A DNA stretch of 64,000 nucleotides from a virus: positions 13,467 to 77,466 of IMG/VR virus record IMGVR_UViG_3300025727_000782. The stretch is one strand, 5' to 3'. Shown one piece after another: positions 36,913 through 47,113 of this stretch. The notes below the pieces were generated by a model. That model worked only from the letters and a program-made list of their open reading frames with translations, ran no database searches and was not told the origin of the DNA. Both the position numbers and the translations under genes were made by a program. Numbering within the stretch: the stretch's first letter is position 1; each line of letters begins with the position of its first letter.

Positions 36913-37641
36913 GTGTATCACGGAATATTAAATCATAATTTTATAAAGAAATTTATTACCACTAATAATGGTGATGGAGTTGCATATCGATGGACACACG
37001 GTGCAACAGATTATCATTTGGGTGATGGTTTATTAGTTTATAGTTTAGTACAATTCTTTCAATCTAAAACTTGTGTATGTTTAGGTAGTGGTGGTGGATT
37101 TATACCACGAATAATGAGTCAAGCAAGACAAGACTTATATAGTGATGGAACTTTTGGGGGTAAAAGTAACAAATACGAGTTTGGTGATATTGGAACTACT
37201 ATAGTTGTAGATGATTGTAATGGTTTTAATGGTGAGGTAGATTGGAATGATGAAGATAGTTTTTTAAGAGAAATGTTTCATCCAATGTTTATAAAGAAAA
37301 CAACTGAAACGGCATATTATAATTATTTTATAAAGAGAGATATTAAAATAGATTATTTACATATAGACGCCGACCACACATTTGACGGAGTTAAAAAAGA
37401 CTTTGAGTTATATTCAAAAATTATGAATAAGGATGGTATAATTACCATACATGATACTGATAAAGAATATATTGATAATTTTGTAGAAGAATATGGCCAC
37501 GAGGGTGATGATTTAACAGGCCCAGGTGAGTTTATTAAAACAATAGATAAACGAAGTTTTGAAGTTTTTAATTTTTTTAATCACGGAAAACATAAAGATA
37601 AACCAAGTTCAACAGGGTTAACAATAGTGAGAAAGAAGTGA
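36913..37641 (+). CDS. Class I SAM-dependent methyltransferase (Methyltransf_24-like)
   Basis: CLGSGGG; IDYLHIDADHTFDGVKKDF...GIITIHD. Confidence 0.8.
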   Translation: MYHGILNHNFIKKFITTNNGDGVAYRWTHGATDYHLGDGLLVYSLVQFFQSKTCVCLGSGGGFIPRIMSQARQDLYSDGTFGGKSNKYEFGDIGTTIVVDDCNGFNGEVDWNDEDSFLREMFHPMFIKKTTETAYYNYFIKRDIKIDYLHIDADHTFDGVKKDFELYSKIMNKDGIITIHDTDKEYIDNFVEEYGHEGDDLTGPGEFIKTIDKRSFEVFNFFNHGKHKDKPSSTGLTIVRKK

Positions 37642-38495
37642 ATTTAGTTACAGTTAGTGGACATCATGTAAATACAATAGAACATATGTTAAATCATTAT
37701 AAGGATAAAGTTAATGATATTTTTATAGGAGTACACCGTAATAGTTTATCAGATGAGGACTACGATAGATTAGTTCAGATTACAAATGATATTGGGTGTG
37801 GAATTTATAAAGAATATAATTTCCCACTTTATAATTGGCCAAAGGTTACTGACATATATAATGAGATAAAAATGTTAAAACCTGATGATTGGTGGATAGT
37901 GTCAGACGATGATGAATTTCATCAATACCAAAATCCATTAAATGATATAATTGATAAATGTGAAGATGAGAATTGGAAGTTTGTAACTGGTGCATTTTTA
38001 GATAGAGTTTCAGAAGATGGTAGTTTAGAAAAAGTTGAACGAGATATTAATATTTTTAAACAATTTCCACTTGGTGGGATGTTTAGATTTCCAATTTCTC
38101 AAGCTTGTCCAAATAAGGTTGTAATATCGAAAGGTGATATCCAATTTTCAAGTGGCCAACATTACGCAATAATAGATGGAAATGAAGTTAGAGTAGAGGG
38201 TGGTTCAAAAACAGCATCAGGAGTTGAACATCCATATAGATGTGATGTTGATTGGGAATTTACTCAAGTACACCATTTCAAATGGGATGAGTCATTACAA
38301 AGAAGATTAAATCAGATAGTAGATATTGATGAAGAGTATACATATGGTTGGGAATATAAGATATTGATTGATTATTTTAGAAGAACTGGGGGTAAGATAG
38401 ATTTGAAAGATAATAAGTTTAAGTTTCAAAATGTCTTTATTTTCCCTAAACACAATTCGTGGGATTCTATAAAACATATGAGTTTGGATTTTTAG
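37638..38495 (+). CDS. GT-A fold glycosyltransferase (family 2-like)
   Basis: HMLNHY, WWIVSDDDEF (DxD), GQH, VHHFKW. Confidence 0.7.
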   Translation: MNLVTVSGHHVNTIEHMLNHYKDKVNDIFIGVHRNSLSDEDYDRLVQITNDIGCGIYKEYNFPLYNWPKVTDIYNEIKMLKPDDWWIVSDDDEFHQYQNPLNDIIDKCEDENWKFVTGAFLDRVSEDGSLEKVERDINIFKQFPLGGMFRFPISQACPNKVVISKGDIQFSSGQHYAIIDGNEVRVEGGSKTASGVEHPYRCDVDWEFTQVHHFKWDESLQRRLNQIVDIDEEYTYGWEYKILIDYFRRTGGKIDLKDNKFKFQNVFIFPKHNSWDSIKHMSLDF

Positions 38496-40061
38496 ATGAA
38501 TAATTATAAATTAGCAATTATTGTTCCTTATAGGGATAGACAAGAACATATGGATGTATTTATACCACATATGGATCAATTTTTTTCCAACAAGGATATT
38601 GATTATACTATTGTTGTTGTTGAACAAACTGATGGTAGACCATTTAATCGTGGTAAGTTATTGAATATTGGATTCGATTTAGTTAAGGACGACTTTGATT
38701 ATTTCTGTTTTCACGATGTCGATTTACTACCAATTTCAGATGAGTGTGATTATTCATATGAAGATGCACCTATACACTTAGCTACTCAACTTGAAACCTA
38801 TAATTATAACATACCGTATCCACACTATTTTGGTGGTGTTGTTATATTCAATAAGGAAAATTTTATACAACTCAATGGCTATTCAAATGAATATTGGGGA
38901 TACGGAGTAGAGGATTTAGATATGATGTTTAGATTAGAAAATTCTGGTTTACCACATGATATTTGCATAGACCAATCAGGAATTAATACACAGAGTAAAT
39001 ATAGTTTATCGGAATTTAAAGTTATAGAAAATACAAAAAATAAAAAATTAAAATATGTAACATTGGATGGCGAGAATACATTACATCTTAAAAGTAGTAC
39101 GGAGTTATTGACTTTACCAGAAAAATCTTATAGTATTAGTGTTTGGGTACGACCACATAAGTTACCAACGATTTCTAATTTACCCTCTTCTATTAAAAAT
39201 GGTGAACGAGAACACTCTATTATTTCCAAACCAGGATTTCATACAGGGTTATTTTATAAGTCACCTATACGAAGAAGAACTAAATCTTTTGATGAAAAAC
39301 CTAAGTGGGAATTTGAAAAAGAAAAAACTTCATTTTTTCAGGCTCAGATATGGGATGAAAATGAACAAAATTATGTTGTTGATAGAGATGTAACACTTGG
39401 AGATTGGTATCACTTAATAATGTCGGTTGATGTCGATGATGGAAGTTTATCTTTATATTTAAATGGGATAAAGGCATTTGATAAGTTTAACAGACAAAAG
39501 TTTGATAATGGAAAGTTTAAAAAGAATTTAAGAAAATATTCGGATTCGCCTTGGTTTATTGGATGTTCGTATCCAGAACACAATGGATTTATAGGTGATA
39601 TTTCAGAATTAAAATTTTACAATGTACCAATGACACCTGAAAGGGCCGAGAGTGAGTTTCTTGCTGATGAGATTGATGTATTACCAATAGTACATATTGA
39701 TTTCTCTAAGGGTTATCGAAATACATATTTTGATATAACGGGAAATCATTGTAATTTAGTTTCATCGTTAGATATTATTGATACACACAAATCTCATTAT
39801 TTTAAAATTGGTAAGGAGTTGGTAATTCCTATTAGAAAACCTGGTAAGTATAAATGTTTAAAACATACAGGCGATGATAAGATAGTAGAAAGATATGATA
39901 ACTTTGACCCCGATACAGATTTAAATCTTGAAATATTTTTTGATGATATTAAAAGTGGTGATATTGATTATACGAAGATTGGTTTAAATAGTTTAAATTA
40001 TAAACTTGTATCTGAAGAAGATTACAAAGAGAGGCATAAATGGATAAAAGTAATAACATAA
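38496..40061 (+). CDS. GT7 (beta-1,4-galactosyltransferase-like) with inserted LamG domain
   Basis: IIVPYRDR, FNRGKLLNIG, FHDVD, YFGGV, NGYSNEYWGYGVEDLD; LamG-like SISVWV...WYHL...LYLNG...FIGDISELKFY; GLNSLNY tail. Confidence 0.85.
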   Translation: MNNYKLAIIVPYRDRQEHMDVFIPHMDQFFSNKDIDYTIVVVEQTDGRPFNRGKLLNIGFDLVKDDFDYFCFHDVDLLPISDECDYSYEDAPIHLATQLETYNYNIPYPHYFGGVVIFNKENFIQLNGYSNEYWGYGVEDLDMMFRLENSGLPHDICIDQSGINTQSKYSLSEFKVIENTKNKKLKYVTLDGENTLHLKSSTELLTLPEKSYSISVWVRPHKLPTISNLPSSIKNGEREHSIISKPGFHTGLFYKSPIRRRTKSFDEKPKWEFEKEKTSFFQAQIWDENEQNYVVDRDVTLGDWYHLIMSVDVDDGSLSLYLNGIKAFDKFNRQKFDNGKFKKNLRKYSDSPWFIGCSYPEHNGFIGDISELKFYNVPMTPERAESEFLADEIDVLPIVHIDFSKGYRNTYFDITGNHCNLVSSLDIIDTHKSHYFKIGKELVIPIRKPGKYKCLKHTGDDKIVERYDNFDPDTDLNLEIFFDDIKSGDIDYTKIGLNSLNYKLVSEEDYKERHKWIKVIT

Positions 40062-40258
40062 TTCATAACGTAATGAAAGTATTATTTGATAATATTGAAG
40101 AATTAGAGACTTTTGATGCTAAGTTAAAAGAACTTATTGCTCAAAAATCTTCAATAACATTATTTACTTTATTGTTGGCAAATATAGAACAATTGTATAC
40201 AAGTGTAACAAAAAAGGAAGTAGATATTTTAACCTTATTAAAGAGGACAAGGAGTTAA
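40040..40258 (+). CDS. Hypothetical protein
   Basis: 72-aa ORF filling the gap in the operon. Confidence 0.5.
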   Translation: MDKSNNIIHNVMKVLFDNIEELETFDAKLKELIAQKSSITLFTLLLANIEQLYTSVTKKEVDILTLLKRTRS

Positions 40259-40262
40259 GGAA

Positions 40263-40475
40263 ATGGCAAAAGAACATGCAGAAGAACGAGTAGCAAAATC
40301 ATTAGAGAGTATTGCTGAATCATTTAGAACATTTGAAGATTCATTTTTGGAGTTAGACCTTCCAATTTGGAGTGAAAGACTTGAGTGGTATTTGAATGAG
40401 TTTTATAGTTTGGCAAAACAAAAAACAGTTGGTGGTGAGAATAGACCAGATAGGGATAAGGAACGTAGTAGATGA
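40263..40475 (+). CDS. Hypothetical protein
   Basis: 70 aa, AGGAG/AAGGA RBS, overlaps next start. Confidence 0.6.
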   Translation: MAKEHAEERVAKSLESIAESFRTFEDSFLELDLPIWSERLEWYLNEFYSLAKQKTVGGENRPDRDKERSR

Positions 40476-41839
40476 ATCCTAAACTCGGTGTAATCGTACC
40501 GTATCGAGATAGGGAAAAACACCTAAAGAAATTCATTCCACATATTACAGATTTTTTAAATGAACATACAATTCCATTTGAAATTTTAGTGGTGGAACAG
40601 GCAGATGATTTACCTTTTAATAGAGGTAGGTTGTTGAATGTTGGTTTTGATATTTTAGAAGAAACTTGTGATTATTTTTGTTTCCATGATATTGATATGC
40701 TTCCTATGGAGGCTGATTATAGTTATGCTAAAACACCATTACATTTGGCAACAAAGCTAAGTAGTAATGATTATGAATTAACATTTCCATCCTATTTTGG
40801 TGGAGTTACATTATTTAATAAAGATGATTTCAAATCTATTAATGGATTTTCAAATGAATATTGGGGATGGGGATTTGAAGATGATGATTTATTGTATAGG
40901 TGTTCTAAAAATGGATTGCCTGTAGATAAAAAGGTTTACGGTAATGATAGTAAAATAAACTATGTATTACAGATATCAAACGAAACTGAGGGTATCGAGA
41001 TAATATCAAATAATAAAGTTTTAAAAAAACTATTCGATTCTGATTTTACTATTTCAGTAAATTCTAAACCAGATAAAATTACAAAAGATAATAGTAGTGA
41101 TGCAGATGAGTATTTTATAATTAAGAAACCTGGATATGATAGTGGATTATCATTTACAAGTTTTAATAGATTTAAAGCAGAACTTTTTGAGGAAAGTGGA
41201 AAATCAGTCTCAATAAATTCAGAATTACTGGGTGAAATCTGGACAAATTTAATATTAACAAAGAACGGTAATGAGTTATATTTTTATTTAAATGGTGAAT
41301 TGGTAGGAAAAGAATTTATAGATGATGTGCGGGATTATAATGACGAATCACTTTATATAGGACATTCAAAATTTAAAGGAGTAGTATCTTCGGTTTCTAT
41401 ATGGAATAAAAATATTACCTTAGAGGAAGTAAATACTATTTATAATAGTAGTCAGCCAATGACGAATGTTTTACCAACTGGATTACAAGTTCATTATGAT
41501 TTTAAAAATATAATAAATAATAAAGTAATTGATTTAAGTGGCAATAATAACAATGGAGTTTTGACTGGTGGTAAGCAGATTGAGATGGATAGTAAATTGA
41601 AGAGTTCACTTACTATTCCACTTAGGAGAGATGGTAAGTTTTTAACTTTGAGTCATAGAAACAATTCGTGGAATGATTTGAGTTGGGTACATAAAGAAAC
41701 AAGATTAAATCAGATAAAGTATTTAAATGAGGTACGACAAGATATGTTTGATACAAACATAGATGGTTTGAATACTTTGAGATATAATTTAGAAGATAAA
41801 GAAGTAATCGATGATTATACAAAGGTAAAAGTATCGTGA
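40472..41839 (+). CDS. GT7 glycosyltransferase with inserted LamG domain
   Basis: VPYRDR, FNRG, FHDID, YFGGV, NGFSNEYWGWGFEDDD; LamG-like insert; DGLNTLRY. Confidence 0.85.
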   Translation: MNPKLGVIVPYRDREKHLKKFIPHITDFLNEHTIPFEILVVEQADDLPFNRGRLLNVGFDILEETCDYFCFHDIDMLPMEADYSYAKTPLHLATKLSSNDYELTFPSYFGGVTLFNKDDFKSINGFSNEYWGWGFEDDDLLYRCSKNGLPVDKKVYGNDSKINYVLQISNETEGIEIISNNKVLKKLFDSDFTISVNSKPDKITKDNSSDADEYFIIKKPGYDSGLSFTSFNRFKAELFEESGKSVSINSELLGEIWTNLILTKNGNELYFYLNGELVGKEFIDDVRDYNDESLYIGHSKFKGVVSSVSIWNKNITLEEVNTIYNSSQPMTNVLPTGLQVHYDFKNIINNKVIDLSGNNNNGVLTGGKQIEMDSKLKSSLTIPLRRDGKFLTLSHRNNSWNDLSWVHKETRLNQIKYLNEVRQDMFDTNIDGLNTLRYNLEDKEVIDDYTKVKVS

Positions 41840-43269
41840 AACATAAATTAGGAGTTTGTATACCATATCGAGATATCGGAGATGGTGTTCGTAAAGGACA
41901 CTTGGACAAGTTAGTACCTCATTTAGAAAAGTTCCTTGGCGATAGGAATATAGACTTCAGATGTTACATTGGACACCAAGTTGATGATAAACTGTTTAAT
42001 CGAAGTGGGACAAAGAATGTTGCATTCCTTGCTGCTAAAGAAGATGGGTGTGATTATGTAGCATTGCATGATGTAGATATGTTACCCGAAGATGATGCAT
42101 GTGATTATAGTTATCCAGAAAAATATCCAAGACATATTGCGTGTTATTTATCACAATGGGATTATACTCTCAGAGATGTAGAGTATTTTGGTGGTGTTAT
42201 TCTTTTTACGAAAGAACAATTTCTTGATGTGAATGGTTATAATCCAGATTATTGGGAGTGGGGAATGGAAGATGACGACTTATTTTGGAGATGTGTAAAG
42301 AAAGGTTATACACCAAAAAAATCTATTAAAGGTTTTGGGAAATCAAAAGCATTATATTTTAACGGAGAGGATGATCATATTATTGTTCCACCAAGTAGAA
42401 CTTTAAGAAATTTAACAAGTCGTTCATTTGAGATTGAGTTAACTTTAAAAGCTCAATTACCAGAAAAATATAAAGAATATTTAATTGGGGATTTAAGTAA
42501 TAGAAGATATATTGACTTTCCAATAATAAATCGTAAAGGTTGGGATTTTAATATTGGTTATAATAATAGTAGAGCATTCTCAACAACAATGTGGAGTTGG
42601 AGAAATGAATTAATTTATACTTGGGCAAAAAGATATCCAAATAAATGGACTAAATTAAATTTAAAAGTTGATGATAGAGAACAAGAAGTAAGATTTCTTG
42701 TTAATGATGAAGAAACAGATTCACGACATGGTACAGGTGCAGAATCACCATTGAAATATGAAAATGGATTAAAAAGATATGGTGGACTTCCCTATATTAT
42801 TGGAAAGGCTCATTCGAGTGGACAAGTCGATTCTAAATATAAATTATTTCAAGGATATATTCAAGAGATTAAGTTTATAGATTTTAGAGAAAATTTAGTT
42901 TTACATTATGATTTTAGTAAATCAGTAGATGGAAATAAAGTTATTGATTTAAGTGGTAATGAAAATCATGGTGAACTTCATGGCGGAGAAGTCAGAGAAG
43001 TTGAAGTAAGTGATTTATATAATACTGATGTACCACACAGAAGTTTTGGTAGAATGGATTGTATGTATCACGATGATGTAGGAATTGTTAATAATAAATT
43101 TACACTTGAGACTACACAAAAAAACGAAGAACTTTATAGACTACAAATGCAAAAAGATAAAATAGATATTGATTCTAATGGAGTGAAACAACAAAAATAT
43201 GAAATCGTATCAAAGGAAAATGTTTACGATAGACATCAAATGGTAAATGTAACTTTTAAAGGAAAGTAA
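41836..43269 (+). CDS. GT7 glycosyltransferase with inserted LamG domain
   Basis: IPYRD, FNRS, LHDVD, YFGGV, NGYNPDYWEWGMEDDD; LamG-like insert ending DLSGNENHG. Confidence 0.85.
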   Translation: MKHKLGVCIPYRDIGDGVRKGHLDKLVPHLEKFLGDRNIDFRCYIGHQVDDKLFNRSGTKNVAFLAAKEDGCDYVALHDVDMLPEDDACDYSYPEKYPRHIACYLSQWDYTLRDVEYFGGVILFTKEQFLDVNGYNPDYWEWGMEDDDLFWRCVKKGYTPKKSIKGFGKSKALYFNGEDDHIIVPPSRTLRNLTSRSFEIELTLKAQLPEKYKEYLIGDLSNRRYIDFPIINRKGWDFNIGYNNSRAFSTTMWSWRNELIYTWAKRYPNKWTKLNLKVDDREQEVRFLVNDEETDSRHGTGAESPLKYENGLKRYGGLPYIIGKAHSSGQVDSKYKLFQGYIQEIKFIDFRENLVLHYDFSKSVDGNKVIDLSGNENHGELHGGEVREVEVSDLYNTDVPHRSFGRMDCMYHDDVGIVNNKFTLETTQKNEELYRLQMQKDKIDIDSNGVKQQKYEIVSKENVYDRHQMVNVTFKGK

Positions 43270-43270
43270 G

Positions 43271-43375
43271 ATGGTACGGTGGATTAAAAAAATTATAAAT
43301 AAAATAAAACTCAAACGAAGATTAAAAAAGAAAATGAAACATTTAAGAAAGAAAGACCCTTTTATTTATAGGTAA
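43271..43375 (+). CDS. 34-aa basic peptide (not in ORF track)
   Basis: MVRWIKKIINKIKLKRRLKKKMKHLRKKDPFIYR; exactly fills the gap between two genes. Confidence 0.55.
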   Translation: MVRWIKKIINKIKLKRRLKKKMKHLRKKDPFIYR

Positions 43376-43378
43376 GTT

Positions 43379-44374
43379 ATGATAGATAAACATTTTATAG
43401 CATTGGGTTGTAGTTGGACGGCAGATTATAGTTATTTGAAAATCGAAAATCCAGAATTGTATGGAGAGTACAAAGATGTGTATGCTACGTGGGCAACCCA
43501 TCTCGGAAAAGATTTTAAAAAGTATAGTAACCTTGCTTGTCCTGGCCAGGGGAATGGTTATATGTACCATAGACTTGCTTATTATCTTAGTACACATAAG
43601 AATACAAAAGATTTGTGTGTTGGTATAATGTTTTCTGATTACACACGAATGTATTTTTCGACTGATACTTATGTAGAACATCCATTACTGAAAACTGATA
43701 CGTATGAACCAGAGTTTCTCAAAACGGATGGATTTAAAACTTATGATATGGGCAGAATGGGTAGTGAACTTATTGAGGGTGGGGAGTGGGATATTAGAAA
43801 AAATAATTCATGGACTCAAGATTTATATGAATCTGATGACCCAGATAAGAGGAAAACCTTTGACTTACTATGGAAAGGAATGGAAGATTGGGTAGGTTCT
43901 CCAGACCATAAATTTCAAGAATCAATTGCTAATGGATTAAGTGTTTCCCATATATATTATAATTGGTTAACTGATATAATAAATATTATAAATCTTTTGA
44001 AGGCACATAATGTAGACTATTTTTATATGTTTGCAACACAGGATTACCACGCTTGTAAGAGTGTCACACAATATACTATTAGGAGTGATATATCTGGATA
44101 TAAAAGAAACGTAAATGAGTTCAACGATAACACAGGAAACTTTGAACCATATTGGCAACCCTTACCTTATTCGGTAGAACCAATGATTAATCTAATTAAT
44201 ACACAAAACTATGTAGAGTTTCCTACTCGGACAGGGTGTTGGACAAGTTGGGTAGTAGAACAAGATAATCCAGATTGGAGAGATGTAATTCACCCAGGTA
44301 AAAAAATGCAGAAAAAAACATATACAGAAGTATTAAAACCCTTTTTAAAGGATAGGTTTGGTTATTATGATTGA
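43379..44374 (+). CDS. SGNH/GDSL-like hydrolase or acyltransferase
   Basis: ALGCSWT (block I), NLACPGQGN (block II), DVIHPG (DxxH). Confidence 0.6.
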   Translation: MIDKHFIALGCSWTADYSYLKIENPELYGEYKDVYATWATHLGKDFKKYSNLACPGQGNGYMYHRLAYYLSTHKNTKDLCVGIMFSDYTRMYFSTDTYVEHPLLKTDTYEPEFLKTDGFKTYDMGRMGSELIEGGEWDIRKNNSWTQDLYESDDPDKRKTFDLLWKGMEDWVGSPDHKFQESIANGLSVSHIYYNWLTDIINIINLLKAHNVDYFYMFATQDYHACKSVTQYTIRSDISGYKRNVNEFNDNTGNFEPYWQPLPYSVEPMINLINTQNYVEFPTRTGCWTSWVVEQDNPDWRDVIHPGKKMQKKTYTEVLKPFLKDRFGYYD

Positions 44375-45845
44375 TCATGAATATGATAGAATAAAAAAAA
44401 TATTACCTGATATAGAAAAGAAGACATCGCCTACTTTTTGTCTTGCTAAATGGCATCACGTTACCATTTATTTACACTTAGGTGAAACTCATAGTTGTTA
44501 CCACCCACAACCACACGGTATTCCTTTAGATGAGTTAAAAGAAAACCCATCTGCTCTACATAACACCAAACAAAAGAAGTTAGAACGAAAGATGATGTTA
44601 GAGGGTAAGAAGCCTGAGGGATGTAACTATTGTTGGAATGTAGAATCTATGGGTCCTGATTATATAAGTGATAGAAAACAAAGAACAGTTGCAATTCACG
44701 AGGGAGATAAAAGTAGATTAGATGATATCATAAATAATCCCTGGGATATGAATGTTAATCCTGAATATATTGAACTTTCTTTTGGAAATACTTGTAACTT
44801 TAAATGTGGTTATTGTCATCCGAGATATAGTTCAAGATTTTTGGATGAGATTAAAGAACACGGACAATACCAAGAGATGTTTTCAGGGAAGTATGATATA
44901 GAATGGTTTATTGATAAATTACAAACAGATGAAGAAACAAATCCATATGTCAAGGCTTGGTGGCAATGGTGGCCAGAAGTTTCTAAAACTTTATCTATTC
45001 TAAGAATTACAGGTGGTGAACCAACAATTCATGGTAGTACATACAGATTGTTAGATGAGATTAATAAGAACCCCATGCCAAATCTTGAGTTGAATATTAA
45101 TTCAAATCTTGGTGCAAACCCAAAACTCTTTGATAGGTTTATAGATAAGTTAAAACCAATCATAGAAGAAAAGAAAGTAAAGGATTTTAAATTATTTACT
45201 TCTATAGATACTTGGGATAAAGATAAAGCTGAGTATATGAGACATGGTTTAGATGTAGAATTGTTTGAGAGAAATTTTAACAAATACTTAGAGGAAATAC
45301 CAGATAGTAGATTGTCTCTAATGATTACCTTTAATAATTTATGTGTTTCTAATTTTGATTCTTTATTAGAAAAAATATTAGAGTGGAGAGGGAAGTATAA
45401 TAACTTAGATTGGATTAATGAAAATGGACACCCAGTTCAGAGAATACAAATAGATACACCATATTTAAAAGAACCACCACACTATGATATGAATATTTTA
45501 CCAAAGAAAGACTTTGGACATTATATGGATACTCATTTAAAATTCATGGAAGATAATCTTGAGAAATGGAATGTGAATAAGTTTGACCACCTTGAAGTTG
45601 CTAAATTTAGAAGAGTACATAATTATTTTACTACTAACACACCTGCAATTTCTTATTTGAGAAAAGGACAATCAGATTTTTATAGTTTTTTTACTCAACA
45701 CGACAAAAGAAGAGATACAGAGTTTTTAAACGCTTTTCCAGAATATACAGATTTCTATAATCATTGTAAAAAAATAAATAATAGATATCAGGCAAGAGAT
45801 AGATTAAGAGAGAAGAGACGGTTGAGGAATAAGAGATATGGATAA
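44358..45845 (+). CDS. Radical SAM enzyme with N-terminal twitch/SPASM-like domain
   Basis: FCLAKW...SCYH...CNYCW; CNFKCGYC; ITGGEP; ATG at 44367 is a possible start. Confidence 0.9.
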   Translation: MVIMIDHEYDRIKKILPDIEKKTSPTFCLAKWHHVTIYLHLGETHSCYHPQPHGIPLDELKENPSALHNTKQKKLERKMMLEGKKPEGCNYCWNVESMGPDYISDRKQRTVAIHEGDKSRLDDIINNPWDMNVNPEYIELSFGNTCNFKCGYCHPRYSSRFLDEIKEHGQYQEMFSGKYDIEWFIDKLQTDEETNPYVKAWWQWWPEVSKTLSILRITGGEPTIHGSTYRLLDEINKNPMPNLELNINSNLGANPKLFDRFIDKLKPIIEEKKVKDFKLFTSIDTWDKDKAEYMRHGLDVELFERNFNKYLEEIPDSRLSLMITFNNLCVSNFDSLLEKILEWRGKYNNLDWINENGHPVQRIQIDTPYLKEPPHYDMNILPKKDFGHYMDTHLKFMEDNLEKWNVNKFDHLEVAKFRRVHNYFTTNTPAISYLRKGQSDFYSFFTQHDKRRDTEFLNAFPEYTDFYNHCKKINNRYQARDRLREKRRLRNKRYG

Positions 45846-45874
45846 TATTTTTAATAAGATAGATACGGCATGTA

Positions 45875-47113
45875 ATGTTAAATAGAGACTTGTATTTTTT
45901 GAGAGACACACACTCCTCCTCAGTTGCTTCAGCTCTCAATAATCATAGAGACAATATGTATTCACCATCAATTCATGCTGGTGAGTTTTCAACATCTTCG
46001 CCAAACCGACAATTATACTTTGGAAATATGTTTGGACATTTAAATGGGTATGGTAAAAATAGTATTGTGAATGTTAAACATTATGATTTGTTACCAAAGG
46101 ATTCTTTAAAAGTATATTTGTTTTTTTGTTACTTTCCGGAAGAATATACAATAAAGATAACACCAGGTTATTTAGATAAGTTAAAAAATGATCCTAATGC
46201 TTATTTTATGGTGTTTAATTTTTATGAGTGGATTCTTGAAGAAAAACTATTAATTAAATCATTGGACTCACAGGGTATCCCAAAAGAGAAAGTAATAGTG
46301 GCCAGTTCTTCAACGGGTAGATTAACTAACTCATTCAAAGAAGTTAATATAGCAAATTGGTGGCAAAGTTGGTATAGGACACAAATTATGCATGGTGGAT
46401 CTTCATTAATTGAGGAACACCAACATTCAATAGATGATAAAAAGTTTAAATCACTTTGTTTTATGAAACATGCAAGATGGGATAGATTTATTTTAGCCTA
46501 TTATTTAAATAAATTCAATATGTTATACGATAAGGAAAATTTGATTTCTTTACATTTTAATAAACAGAATTGGTTTCATTCTGAGTTAGAAAAAATGGAT
46601 GATTCTTTAGGTGCACCTTATGCTGGAATTCCGAGAGATTTTAAAGATACCGTAAAAACATTTAAAGATAGAGAGTTAGATACTTTAAATAGAATTGATA
46701 TACAATTACAACCGGTAGATGATTTCTATTTAAATAGTTGTTATTCTATCGTGAGTGAAACAACAATGTTACAACAACCATTTATAACCGAGAAAACATT
46801 TAAACCTATAGTCCACAGTCATCCATTTATTTTAATAGCTGGTAAAGGTGCAATTAAACAATTAAAAAAAATAGGATTTAAATTCTATGATGAATTGGCT
46901 GGTAAGGGATATGCAACAAGTGAAAAACAAGTACAGAATATTATAAAAGAACTTTCAGAAAAATCACTTGACGACTTAAAAGAAATACTGCCAAGTCTTA
47001 AAAATAAAGTAAAACATAATTTTAATATATTTATGTATACGGAGGTTATTTGGGATGACTGGGTAGGAGAACTATATGAAGTCATCACATCAAAGAGAAA
47101 CAGTAATGAATAA
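45875..47113 (+). CDS. Putative GT-B glycosyltransferase (GT10-like motif)
   Basis: YSIVSET...FITEKTFKPIVHSHPF resembles the fucosyltransferase ITEK motif. Confidence 0.45.
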   Translation: MLNRDLYFLRDTHSSSVASALNNHRDNMYSPSIHAGEFSTSSPNRQLYFGNMFGHLNGYGKNSIVNVKHYDLLPKDSLKVYLFFCYFPEEYTIKITPGYLDKLKNDPNAYFMVFNFYEWILEEKLLIKSLDSQGIPKEKVIVASSSTGRLTNSFKEVNIANWWQSWYRTQIMHGGSSLIEEHQHSIDDKKFKSLCFMKHARWDRFILAYYLNKFNMLYDKENLISLHFNKQNWFHSELEKMDDSLGAPYAGIPRDFKDTVKTFKDRELDTLNRIDIQLQPVDDFYLNSCYSIVSETTMLQQPFITEKTFKPIVHSHPFILIAGKGAIKQLKKIGFKFYDELAGKGYATSEKQVQNIIKELSEKSLDDLKEILPSLKNKVKHNFNIFMYTEVIWDDWVGELYEVITSKRNSNE

